A stretch of DNA of 62,409 nucleotides, the filler included, from Squatina squatina (taxonomy: Eukaryota): the NCBI GenBank assembly GCA_031763465.1. It is 4 parts of 3 records of this genome, joined end to end, with 100 filler letters (N's around TTAATTAATTAA, not from the genome) between each part and the next. Parts side by side here need not be neighbours in the genome. Positions count along the whole stretch, not along the records: positions 29,237 to 49,686 come from JARFOE010000203.1; positions 49,787 to 62,409 come from JARFOE010000203.1; 2 more parts are not named here. One strand, written 5' to 3'. The notes beneath the pieces are model-generated. The model ran no database searches, was not told the origin of the DNA, and saw nothing but the letters and a program-made list of their open reading frames with translations. Every line of letters begins with the position of its first letter. The first letter of the stretch is position 1. The translations under genes and the position numbers were made by a program. Shown piece after piece: positions 41,531-53,240 of this stretch.

Positions 41531-41965
41531 CCCTATGTTCTGGACTCCAACAGAGGGAAGAGTTTCTCCCCACCTACCCTTTCAACTCCTTTAATCATCT
41601 CAAATTAGTTCACCCCTTGATTTTCTATATTCAAAGGAATACAAGCCCAATCTATGCAACCTGCCCTCATAATTTAACCCTTTTAGCCCCAGTATCATTC
41701 TGGTGAATCCGCACTGCTTCCCCTCCAAGACCAATATAACCTTGCTGAGGTGCAATGCCCAGAATTGAACACAGTGCTCTAAATAGGGTCTAACCAGAGC
41801 TTTATACAACTGCAGCATAACTCTCACCCCATTGAATTCCAGCCCTCTTGAGATAAAGGCCCACATTCCATTGGCCTTTACGATTATTTTGTGTACCTGT
41901 CCACCAGCTTTTACTGATTTCTGTACTTCGACCCTAAACCTCTCTCTCTGCTCCTCCACAGTTCC
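41531..41965 (-). mobile_element. CR1 LINE ORF2 C-terminal fragment
   Basis: Encodes KANGMWAFISRGLE...VMLQLYKALVRPYLEHCVQFW...FTRMILGLKGLNYEGRLHRLGLYS, a hallmark CR1 sequence. Confidence 0.88.
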
Positions 41966-42014
41966 TAGCTTCGTGCCATTGAGAAAATACTCTTTATCTT
42001 TTTTAGGTCCAAAG

Positions 42015-42180
42015 AGTCAGCTGTGCCTCAGTCAATAGCACGCTCACCTGAGTCAGAAGGTTGTAGTTTCAAGTCCCACTCCAGAGACTTCAGCACATAA
42101 ATCGAAGCTGACACTCCAGTCCAGTACTGAGGGAGTGCTGCACTGCCGGAAGTGCCGGCTTTTGGAGGAGACGTTAAACC
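42015..42180 (+). mobile_element. SacSINE1-like SINE 5' part (tRNA-derived head), cut by a gap
   Basis: gtcagctgtgcctcagt...gagtcagaaggttgtagtttcaagtcccactccagagact...gacgttaaacc. Confidence 0.8.
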
Positions 42181-45100
42181 NNNNNNNNNNNNNNNNNNNN
42201 NNNNNNNNNNNNNNNNNNNNNNNNNNNNNNNNNNNNNNNNNNNNNNNNNNNNNNNNNNNNNNNNNNNNNNNNNNNNNNNNTGTCACTGACCTCCTGGAGG
42301 GTTCTTGACCCCAAGCTATACCTAAAGCAACAGTGCATCATAATCAGACCGCAGTAGTACATTTATAGCTCCTATAATCTCCTTCATGAAATAGCTGCAG
42401 ATTATACATTAGCCTCTGAGGACCTTATAATAGCATTTCTGCACTAAACAGGAGGGCTGGTTTAGGTCTTGTACACAACGCCATTCATTCCTCAGTATCA
42501 GGGCAAAACATCACCTCTTCACACACGGGGAGAGGGAACACGAGCTAAAAATACAATACGATTGTAAACATTATAGGGAGTATTTTAATTCCACACACCT
42601 GGTGGAAACCAGGTGGGGGGAATTAAATGGAGTGGGGAGATTTATGCACTCCTTCTACTCACTGTCCTGATCCAACCGACTGCAATTTTAAATTTCGGGT
42701 CAGCCTGCCTGTTGTCCTGCCCGAGTGTTAAAATCGAGCCCCATCCAGAGGCCTGTACAACGGTACATACAGTAAAATACATTTTTAAAAACAGAGTGAA
42801 TACTGATAATGTCGCCAGGCTGATGACTCACATGCATGGGATGACACTCAAGCCTGGCCCGCGTATTTGCCCCGCGCTGTGTTGAAACGATTGTACGTTG
42901 TTGAGTTCTGCACGTAGCCATGCAGAGAACTTCAGTAGAGAACTTCAAACTTCATTAAGTTACACTTTACACAGTTCTTCATTAATTGTACTGGTATATA
43001 ACTCAACCAACTGTAACCAAACTCCACACAAAGGGACTTCACACCATCTCTCCTGNNNNNNNNNNNNNNNNNNNNNNNNNNNNNNNNNNNNNNNNNNNNN
43101 NNNNNNNNNNNNNNNNNNNNNNNNNNNNNNNNNNNNNNNNNNNNNNNNNNNNNNNCCATCGGCAGTTTTTAGTCAGATGAAGCTGTGAGAAGTGTTTGGG
43201 CCAGAAATTCGGTGCATTTGCGCCTCCCGTTAGCGTCCCCGCCCCTCCCCCACCTCTGTTCAGGACTGTGCTTGATGAAAGGCCTATACTTGCAACGTCA
43301 ATATGACGTGTAATTGGAGTCACCCAAGCAATAAGTTTTCACATATCACCTATACGTAGGATATTGTACAAGTTGATTAGCTAATCCTCAGGAGTTTTGA
43401 CAAGGAAAGGGCATTTGCAAGAACCTCAAGTGCTTATTGAGTTCCAATAATCAGCTGCAATCACATAAACTCTGCTACTTTTCTTTTTATTTTTTGCCTG
43501 AGGTATAATCTACATTTTCCTACAACCTATAGTACTCTGAAAGCTCAGCCTGGTCATCACTTGATTCACCCCACATTCTCTCCTATTGTTTTCAACCTTG
43601 ATTGTGTCCTGAACTGTTTTTCCAATTAATTGAAAAAAACCTACATCACGTTGTGTTTTCACATGCATCTGTTGTTCAATAAAATTTTTCCCACAGGAAA
43701 AAAAATTAAATCATTAACTGGTATCTCGCAGGCTCTTGATACTGTCACTCTGGGAGTACAAGCAGGCAGATGCATTAACTGTCGCAACAGGGTGCACAGA
43801 GACAGTTATTGGATTGTTTTCACATGCTGGTTCCAATCAGCTGAGAGATCAGTTCCCTCTCTGCCCTGCTGGCAGTGCAAGTGCCACACCGTCGAGCTAC
43901 ACGTTAAGGGCACAAGTGCCAACCCATCCGTACTCTCAGCAGATCTCAACTAGTTCAGCCCGCTGTGGGCATCGTGCCCATTCCACTGCCTCAACCGCAT
44001 CAACTCATTCTGTCCTTTGCTCCTGTCCTGTGCACTTACAGTGGCACCTTTGGCAGACATTTAGCATCAGCAACAGCCAATACAATTGGAATGTGACTGG
44101 AGAAAAAGTGTTTTGAGCTGCAGAACAGGAGAAGGAAGCAACCAGTGGTCACGGGTGGGACACTGGTGGTGGGAACAATCCGAGTTAAGTGTATCACAAT
44201 AAAAGTGAATTTTCTGTGACCTATTCTTATTTCAATAAAATTCAGACTTGGATAAAATAGGAGACAAAAAAAATATCTAAATCCACTTTCCATATTTTTA
44301 TTGTAGTAATTTCAGAGTGTTTTCCTCTCTCCCAAAAATGTTCTATTTTCCTGACTTGCAGCAGTTTTTCCCTCCCGTTCCAATTCCTTCCCTCTGCTCT
44401 TGATGTGTAGTGACTCAGAATTGGGGTAGGGTTGAACAAGCATTTGCAATTGATTACGAGCACTGCAGTCCAGGATATGTTGGGACAGCAGTGAAGGTTT
44501 CCATCTGCTTTGTGTTGGAGGTTGTTTCTTGGTCAGCTGGGTTTCTGATGCACACTGAAACCCATCAACATGTTTAAGACTCTCCAGCTTAAGCTACTGA
44601 GAAGTCTACTCCCACCCGAAGAGCTTCTGTTCACCCGACACAGACCTCACACTCTATCCCCCGTAGAGACACATCCCTCTTATGTAAGCTCAGAGAGCTT
44701 GGAGCAGTTTGGCAAAGCCCCACAAGTGTGAACACCCCACTCCCCGCACCCCGCACCCACCCCCAAAATAATCCCCTCAATACCGGGCTGCTTGGACCCC
44801 CCAGGTGTGCCACAGTCAAATACATTTGGTGAGACTAGGCACACCTGCGTCAGTGGTGTAGCAGGATTCTAATTTTAGCTTTGGTAGTCACCGCCCCATT
44901 AGTTAGTTTGTGTGTGGGTGGAGGCACCACTCCTACAAGGCTATGGAGGAAACTTGCACTTACAGCTGGAACTTGGCGTACCCAGATCCCAACTGACTTT
45001 AAGGCCATTCCGATGGATTCTCACCAGATTTACGGTGGCAGTCTGGTGGAACGGCCATACAACTTAAGGCTCCAGTGTGGGACTGTTGTCTTTTTAAAGA

Positions 45101-46135
45101 AAAACATGAATAATCATGAGAGAAATAGAAAAGAAATAATGGCCTGGAGTGTCCACTAGGTTGCCCTGTTTTATGACAACACAATGTGACTAAAATCGAC
45201 CAAACCAGCACAAAAGATTGAGGACTTTAAAGCACAAATTATGTCCAGTGCAAATTGAGTTTCTGCAGTTTTTTGCACAAGTTTAAAAAACATCACGCTA
45301 GAAGCTCAAAATTATATTTGAAAACACTGCCCAATTGAGCTGGTTCATGGAAGATTTTGCATTTGGCGATATACAAATTAGTTTGAGCGGAAACTTGAGC
45401 AATAAAAAACAATTCTTTAAACTAGCACAATTTTGAGCACAATTTGTGCCCAGATCACCGATTGCTCTCAAAGTGGAAATTCTTGGCCAATATTAGTTCA
45501 GTTTACAATAAAAATACAACAGAGTTACACTGAGATTCTTCCAGGGAAAAGTGATTCATACAAACAAGTCTCTGTGGTAATTGACTGTTTATAATGGATA
45601 CGCTAAACATTAGAATGGTTAGAAACTCTACACCCCAGTATCGTTTTTATATGTTTTATGAGAAAGGGGAAAAGTGGAGATGTGTTTGCCACTTAAATTT
45701 GTGCTAAAATTGGAAAAATATAATGAAAAATCCAGATGATCCTGCAGAGGCTTGTCTGATTAGTTTGCTTCCNNNNNNNNNNNNNNNNNNNNNNNNNNNN
45801 NNNNNNNNNNNNNNNNNNNNNNNNNNNNNNNNNNNNNNNNNNNNNNNNNNNNNNNNNNNNNNNNNNNNNNNNCAGAAAACTTATACATCGCAATTACATT
45901 GGTGCATAATTAGCCCGGTTCTGAAGTGGCTGTGGCATTGAGAGGGTTTGGCCAAGATTAAGATTGGTCAACTTTAAAGTCTGGACATCCCACAATACAC
46001 TATGCCATGTACCTGCAAAATACACAATGAGCATAAACTCTTTTCCACAAATGTCAAAAGTTTATTTGGATGGAAGTTTTAAAAACACAGAACATCAAAA
46101 CAAGTTATACGATGCAATGCAGGTTGTCGACTTAC

Positions 46136-46791
46136 TTCTCATATTCTTGGTTGTCTCTGTCACAGCGGCCATCCTTGTGCTTTTCCCAGTCTTTCCCATG
46201 CTTGCAAGTGGTCAGTGAGATAATATCCTTCCCATTGTGGATGTGGTGTAAGGCATTTCTGGTATCTGACCCAATTCCAGTTAAGTACCTCTTGCCTTTG
46301 AAGACCAACAGGTACTTTCTCCTGGGTGGGACATTGTTGTAGAGGAGCCAGCCTTTCTCTCCACCCTTCTGAGGATGCTCTCTTGAAAACAAAGGGATGG
46401 AGACATCAAAATGTGGCCTGTACCTCTCCATGTAAAAACTTGCTTTGGCCACCATGGCCTGGCCAATGTCAAATCCCAAGTCCTCTGTATAATCAGGCCA
46501 AGTTCCCGAGTAGAGGTTAAATATCAGATGGTTCCTACCATTATTCCACAAGGGAAAACTCTGGATTTTGCCATCGACGTTGTGAATGTATTGCAAGGAA
46601 AGCTGGTCCCGATCTAAAGTGTCTATACCCATGACAAATAAGCAGGCCTGATGTGGATCCGGAGTGTGATACCTGGACCCTTGGATGGAGGCGAGAATTT
46701 TTTGGTAACTTTCAGAAACTTTATCCCCTTTGGATTGGGGGTAAATGTAAACCCCGAAGCCTCGTTTCTCGCACAGAGACAGGTCGAAACA
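46136..46791 (-). CDS. ext1c: Exostosin-family glycosyltransferase (ext1c/EXTL1-like), 3' part of exon 1 (GT47 exostosin domain), 5'-truncated
   Basis: The open frame extends upstream of the ORF-track Met: [33 protein letters not shown]...DTLDRDQLS...[20 protein letters not shown]...[18 protein letters not shown]...TTCKHGKDW...EYEK. It ends at the phase-2 donor AA|GTAAGT, the same point as EXT1 exon 1. The paralog name is tentative. Confidence 0.88.
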
Positions 46792-47010
46792 GAGAGAGGG
46801 AGAAAGGAATGACAGAGACAGGAGGAAACATGGAGACAGAGAGGAACCACAGAAACAGGAAGAAACAATGACTCAGACAGGAAACACAGACAGGAAGAAA
46901 CACAGAGACAGACAGGACACACCGAGACAGGAGGAAACACAGAGGCAGGAGGAAACACAGAGACAGCCAGGAAACACAGATACAGGAGGAAACAGAGAGA
47001 GAGAGAGAGA
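46792..47010. repeat. ~18-bp minisatellite (ACAGGAGGAAACACAGAG) abutting exostosin exon 1
   Basis: Repeated acaggaggaaacacagag variants. Confidence 0.85.
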
Positions 47011-47179
47011 ACATAGAACATAGAACATACAGCACATAACAGGCCCTTCGGCCCACGATGTTGTGCCGAACCTTTGTCCNNNNNNNNNNNNNNNNNNNNN
47101 NNNNNNNNNNNNNNNNNNNNNNNNNNNNNNNNNNNNNNNNNNNNNNNNNNNNNNNNNNNNNNNNNNNNNNNNNNNNNNN

Positions 47180-47314
47180 TGTCCAAGCTTTGGTCACCTG
47201 TCCTAGTATTTCCTTATGTGACTTGGTGTCAAATTTTGTTTGATATCGCTCCTGTGAAGTGCTTTGGGGCATTTCCCTACACTAAAGGGGCTCTATAAAT
47301 GCAAGTTGTTGTTG
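47180..47314 (+). mobile_element. L2 LINE 3' UTR
   Basis: ccaagctttggtcacctgtcc...ctctataaatgcaagttgttgttg. Confidence 0.75.
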
Positions 47315-48062
47315 CTCCTGTTTTTTAAATAAAGGTCAGAAACCAGATTCTGGGAAATACAGTATTTTTAAATTGACAGCTACAGCAAGAGAAAAACACT
47401 GGAATCTGTCACAGGAAACAAGCCGAAAGCATGTAATAAGAGTAAAAAGTATTGACTCCAAGTCAACATGGGCTTTTAAAGTCAGGTCATGCCTAACAAT
47501 GGATTTCTTGAAGATCTATCAGGCCAATGATAATGCGATGTATGAGTTTTTTTCATCAATGCCAGGAGGTGTTTGATAAGAAGCCTCACAGGAGGTCTTC
47601 AGCCAAAGTAAAACTCTTGGGGTAAAGAAGAATGTTGTAAAATGGATAACAATTCAGCTCTCTTGTAGAAAAAAGGGCTATGATCAATGGTGGCAGATTT
47701 AATTGGACAACGGTGACCAGATAACGACCCAAGACCCTGGGACCTCATAATTTATAAATGATTTTTTAAAAAGTCATAGACACAGGGTGTAATGCATGCA
47801 CCTTTCAGCATGCTCAAAGGGCTGGGGAAGCTGTTGCATTGTGAATGGCTTAGCCAGTTACATGGTGTTCACAGGACTCAATAAAACCCCAGTCCATTGA
47901 GTGCAGGTGCTCGACAAGGAGGCATGCAGTTGTGTGCATGAACTGGGAGTGTTTCATTTGTTTGTTAAACCTTTGCGAATAAGCCAGCTAGTTCTTTACA
48001 GCAATATGTAGCTATGAATTCTTGAACAAAGAACCCACAAAGCAAATACATTACACCAACCA

Positions 48063-48243
48063 ACGTCACTAAAATAGATGACCTGGTTATTATCACATTG
48101 CTGTTTGTGGGATCTTGCTGTGCACAAATTGGCTGCCACATTTCCCACATTACAACAGTGACTGCACTTCAAAAAGTACTTCATTGGCTGTAAAGTGCTT
48201 CGGGACGTCGTGAGAGGCGCGATAGAAATGCAAGTCTTTATTT
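48063..48243 (+). mobile_element. SacSINE1-like SINE 3' half
   Basis: tatcacattgctgtttgtgggatcttgctgtgcacaaattggctgcc...aaatgcaagtcttt. Confidence 0.8.
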
Positions 48244-49341
48244 CTAAACAGAAAACGGATTCCTTTTGTTTATTTCTCGTCGCATTTTTTGCGCTCCCAG
48301 TGAAAGAAACAGATAAATATTTAATGAAAGCCGGCAAATGATCTGGAATAATAGTGGCATATGGTTCATTTTCGTAACATGTGTTTGTTTCAATCAGTAA
48401 TGTTTTAAAGTTGACATCACGAATTACGTGAATTGAGTACCGAGGATGTGACACTGGATAAATGCTTAAAGAAAATGCAAATNNNNNNNNNNNNNNNNNN
48501 NNNNNNNNNNNNNNNNNNNNNNNNNNNNNNNNNNNNNNNNNNNNNNNNNNNNNNNNNNNNNNNNNNNNNNNNNNNNNNNNNNCTACTTTTAAGATTCTGC
48601 CCCCTTCTTCTGGATTCCCCCACCAGTGGAAATAGTTTCTCTCTATCTACCCAATAGAATCCATTTATCATTTTAAAGATCTCGATTAAATCACCCCGAA
48701 CCTTCTATACTCAAATGCAACCTTTAAGCCCTGTTATCATTCTGGTGAACGTGTGCACATGTAGAAAAGCTTACTGGCTGGTCTCTAAATGTGAGCAGGT
48801 CAGCATCACTTAACCTAAATATCTCAAAAATTAATCGGTATAATTATAGCATGAAATTAAAACAATGTTAAATTATTTAAGAATTAAATGAATATTAATA
48901 TAATCACAGGAGATCCATTTGGACTGTGGTTCTCAGGCCCGCCAACATTATTGGTAAGTGAACCTCCAGTTAAAATCATTGAGTAATGTGCACATCAAAG
49001 GCAATGCAGAATTATGCAGAAGAATCTGGGGTAACTGACCATCCTGATGATTTATTCTAATCACTTCTAAAGTACATGGTTAGTCATGAAAATCAAACAG
49101 TGTGTGCTTTGTTTTCTCAGTGTTCAGTCCAAATTGATGATTAAGTCAGACCTGGCTCGAGAGTCCGTTAGTGCATTACTTCAGCCCACCAGCCTCTGAA
49201 CTGTATCTTCTGCCACATCAGCCTGACTAAATATTTTTGGTCACTGTGCATAAGACAGTTTCAACCCCAGCAACAGACTCAAAAGCTGCTTTGAGGCTTG
49301 AGATTTAGAGTCAGAGCACAGATAGAAATGTAGTGGAATCT

Positions 49342-49686
49342 AGGAGAGAGGGAGCGAGAGAGTGAGGGAGAGAGAGGAAGAGAGGGGGTGAGAGAGAGGG
49401 AAAGAGAGAGAGAGGGTGAGAGAGAGAGAGAGGCAGAGGGTGAGAGAGAGAAAGGGAGACAAAGAGAGAGGGAGAGAGAGGGAGACAAAGAAAGAGAGAG
49501 AGAGAGAGGAAGGGAGAGCGGGGAGAGAGAGGGAGAGAGCAAGAGAGAGGGAGACAAAGAGAGAGAGAGAGGAAGGGAGAGGGGGGAGAGAGAGGGAGAG
49601 AGCAAGAGAGAGGAAGAGAGAGGGAGACAAAGAGAGGGAGACAAAGAGAAAGGGAGAGAGAGGGAGAGAGGGAGGAAGAGAGAGGG
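49342..49686. repeat. (GA)-rich polypurine repeat at the scaffold end
   Basis: Almost purely G/A; the source of the spurious RE/SL ORFs. Confidence 0.95.
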
Positions 49687-49730
49687 NNNNNNNNNNNNNN
49701 NNNNNNNNNNNNNNNNNNNNNNNNNNNNNN

Positions 49731-49742
49731 TTAATTAATTAA
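49731..49742. other. Artificial scaffold-join spacer TTAATTAATTAA
   Basis: Identical 100-bp N44/12/N44 structure (49687-49786). Confidence 0.95.
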
Positions 49743-49926
49743 NNNNNNNNNNNNNNNNNNNNNNNNNNNNNNNNNNNNNNNNNNNNTGGGGCTCAACAAT
49801 ACGAAAGGAGGTAAACACCAGCATTCACTAAACTTAGCAATGAAAGTTTGAACAACTGTGAAGTGGGAACCAGAGGTTTTCACAGTCCCCTGACTGATCT
49901 CCTATCTCACATTTAGTTTGAAGTAT

Positions 49927-50370
49927 GGTGTCAGCCGTGGCTCAGTGGGTAGCACTCTCAACTCTTAGTCAGAAGGTTGAGGGTTCAAGCCCCACTCCAG
50001 AAATTTTAGCACCAGATCTAGGCCGACACTCCAGTGCTGCAGTGTTTTCTTTCAGATGAGACATTAAACCAATGCCTTTCTGGCCTCTCAAGTGGATGTA
50101 AAAGATACAAGGAAACTATTTTGAAGAAGAACAGGGGAGTTCTCCCTGGTGTCCTGGCTGATATCTATCCCTCAACCAACATCACTAAAAACAGATAGTC
50201 TGGTCATTATCATATTGCTTTTTGTGGGAGCTTGCTGTGGGCAAAATTGGCAGTCATGTTTCCTACATTATAAACTGTGACTACACTTCATAAGTACTTC
50301 ATTGGCTGTAAAGTGCTTTGAGAGGTCCTGAAGTTGTGAAAAGTGCTATATAAATGCAAGTTTGTTCTTT
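49927..50370 (+). mobile_element. Near full-length SacSINE1/DeuSINE-like SINE
   Basis: Head ggtgtcagccgtggctcagtgggtagcactctc and tail gctatataaatgcaagt. Confidence 0.85.
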
Positions 50371-50579
50371 CCTTTGTGACATATGCCACATACCTTTTTG
50401 GTACTGAGCTGCTGGCATAAAGACTTTAGCCTGTGACGTTATGGAAACCTTAAATGAATGAGTCACCCTCCCATAAATAATACCTCACTTCTGGGTCAGA
50501 TGCTAGCAATGCGGCTTTGACGGACCATGGAACCCTGTCACCAGCAGCCTGTAGTATAACTGTATTCTATTCCTTGCAG

Positions 50580-50708
50580 GGTCACCTGAGGGTCCACAGC
50601 GGGGAGAGACCTTTCTCATGCCACACCTGCAGTAAAACGTTTACACAGCTGGCCCACCTCCAGAAGCATTACCTGGTACACACTGGAGAAAAGCCTCACC
50701 AATGCCAG
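50580..50708 (+). CDS. PRDM1/Blimp-1-family (possibly ZNF683/Hobit lineage) C2H2 zinc-finger exon, 129 bp
   Basis: Acceptor tattccttgcAG and donor CAG|GTAAGA. Encodes [43 protein letters not shown], the Blimp-1-family ZF1 end, ZF2 and ZF3 start. Confidence 0.92.
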
Positions 50709-51572
50709 GTAAGAAAGCAAAGCGCTCATGCAAGGCGATTAGGGAAACGGAGCCCTGAGTGGTTAGAAGTGAGTGAGCCAAGGTTTCTGCCGCTGATTGC
50801 AAAGTGCAGCCATGTGCAGCTGTGATGCACTCCATGGTCAAGTATCATCCATACACTCCATCCGGGGGCGGGGATAAAAATTCATCTGGGCCTGTCTTAG
50901 GTGGCTACCCAGGAGGCCTAAGAAAATGGGCATGACAAATTTAGCAGTGGCCTGAATGCCCACACATGTTGGGCCCAGGCTGTGCTCACTGCTAAATTAT
51001 CAGAGTTGCACCTCTTTTACATCCATTTGATGCCAGAACATGTACCAGTTTCTTGGCTCCCACATAAACAATGGTTCACTTGAGAGAGGTGTCAGAGCAC
51101 GACTTGTGTCTAGGGACCCTGTACCCCAACACAGTTCAGCATCTTCAGAAGAGTGGGGCGTAGGGGAAAAGGAGAGGGACAAAATAAATATTCATGAAAT
51201 ATATCACAGTTGTGAAACTTCCAAACAGGAAGCAGAATATGAAGTGCTCAGCATTAAAATCTTAGTCCAGATTTTAACCTAACACACCCAGCGGGAACAA
51301 CAGGTTTGGGTCAGATGCCCGATTTGTTTCCCACCTGATTTTACTCTCTATTGACCCCTCTCTATCGGCCTGGGGAGGGGGGAAGGAGGGGCTGCGGTTT
51401 CACCTCCAATTCGCACACAAAACCCCACTTGGGTTTATTGTATCCACGGAGTCATGAATGATGATAAAATATGATAATATAATAGACCAATTGCCTCTCT
51501 CGTTTGTGTCCTCTCCATCTTGTCTACTCTGATACAGTTGTCCTGACTGATTTTCCACCTTTCCTGCGACAG

Positions 51573-52124
51573 GTGTGTCACAAACGTTTCAGCAGCACCA
51601 GTAACCTGAAGACCCACCTTCGCCTCCACTCCGGGGAAAAGCCCTATCAGTGCAAGCAGTGTTCAGCAAAATTCACCCAGTTCGTCCACCTGNNNNNNNN
51701 NNNNNNNNNNNNNNNNNNNNNNNNNNNNNNNNNNNNNNNNNNNNNNNNNNNNNNNNNNNNNNNNNNNNNNNNNNNNNNNNNNNNNNNNNNNNNNNNNNNN
51801 NNNNNNNNNNNNNNNNNNNNNNNNNNNNNNNNNNNNNNNNNNNNNNNNNNNNNNNNNNNNNNNNNNNNNNNNNNNNNNNNNNNNNNNNNNNNNNNNNNNN
51901 NNNCAGTAGCAGAGATGGAGGTGGTAACTGAGCAGCTGATAGCAGGTGGCCTAGAGAAGGACCATAAAGAGGATCAATTCAGAGCAACATTTTACAAGAA
52001 CAATGGAGACAACCTTCCATCCATTGGCTTCCATGAACGGACCGAGAATTCCAATCTAATGCTATTCCACCATAGTCCACCACCTCTTCTGCCTGTCAGG
52101 GTCAAGCAAGAAGCCAGTGTATAA
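51573..52124 (+). CDS. PRDM1/Blimp-1-family last coding exon (ZF3-ZF4 plus C-terminal tail, interrupted by a gap)
   Basis: Acceptor ttcctgcgacAG. Encodes [40 protein letters not shown]...[13 protein letters not shown]. The C-terminal PVxVKQE motif is as in PRDM1. Confidence 0.9.
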   Translation: MCHKRFSSTSNLKTHLRLHSGEKPYQCKQCSAKFTQFVHLXXXXXXXXXXXXXXXXXXXXXXXXXXXXXXXXXXXXXXXXXXXXXXXXXXXXXXXXXXXXXXXXXXXXXXXVAEMEVVTEQLIAGGLEKDHKEDQFRATFYKNNGDNLPSIGFHERTENSNLMLFHHSPPPLLPVRVKQEASV

Positions 52125-52769
52125 TTGCACAGTAGTCAGTATCATCATGTGCTGGGACTAATTGGACAATTTCTTCACCAAGCAGGGAATATCACTGGGG
52201 CTCATAGCAGGCAGCTGACCATATTGGACGAAGTAGAAGAGAAATTCATGACATTGACGGAATTGATCCCACAAAAAAATGTGGATTCAGAGCACTTCCA
52301 ATCACCGTAGTAATGATTTTTATGTGTGTATGTGTGTGTGTGTGTGTGTGTGTTTTTAATCTACCTGAGGGAGTAGTCTCTGTTATATGAACTGACAAAC
52401 TGTCAATCGGCTCCTGTGATTCTCGTCAGTTCTTAATTGAGTCAGACCAAAAAAGTAAATAATCCCCAAACACATGGCCATTACTGGGTGGGGATGATGT
52501 GCAGACCCAGCCTCTGCTGTAGTAACCAGTTGTGCTTTCATTACTTTCTCAGGGTGTGTTAGATATATTTATGCAACAGAGAATGGTATATATTTTTTAT
52601 CAGTTAAGAGACATTCAGATATGAGTTTATTCTTCTAAGGCCTATATCATATTTATTAAGAAANNNNNNNNNNNNNNNNNNNNNNNNNNNNNNNNNNNNN
52701 NNNNNNNNNNNNNNNNNNNNNNNNNNNNNNNNNNNNNNNNNNNNNNNNNNNNNNNNNNNNNNNCGACTT

Positions 52770-53240
52770 GTTAATATTCCTTCTTGGGATGTGAGGGATG
52801 CTGGCAAGGCTCCACAAATCACCCATCGGTAGTTGCATTGAGAAGATGGTGATGGAACTTCTCTTTGAACCGCTACAGTTCTTGTGCTGATGGGGCACCC
52901 AAAAGGTGTTAGGTAGTGAATTCCAGAATATTAACCTACTCATGAAGAAGGAATGGCAAAATATGCCTACGTCAGTGTGACTTGAAGGAACCTGGAGGTG
53001 ATGGTATTCTATTATTACTGCTCTACCATCCTTCTTGACGGTAGAGGTGGCTGGTGAGGGAGATGCTGTCAAAGTAACCTTGTTGGCTGGCTGTAGTGCA
53101 TCCTTTCGACCGTACATATTAGACACAGTGCACTGCTGATGGAGGAGGTGAATATTGAGTTCAATGGCAGGGGTGCCAATCAAACCAACTACTCTGTCCA
53201 GGATGGTTTCAAGCTACTTGAGTGTTGTTTTGGCAGCACA
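52770..53240 (-). mobile_element. Degenerate LINE 3' region (RTE-X-like)
   Basis: The minus translation has remnants such as FWNSLPN and a GS(F)KR-like motif typical of LINE ORF2 C-termini; many disruptions. Confidence 0.5.

Noticed and set aside
49279-49742. RE-rich and SL-rich ORFs
   Set aside because: Translation of a GA microsatellite.
49927-50000. tRNA gene
   Set aside because: It is the tRNA-derived head of a SINE and continues into the SINE body.
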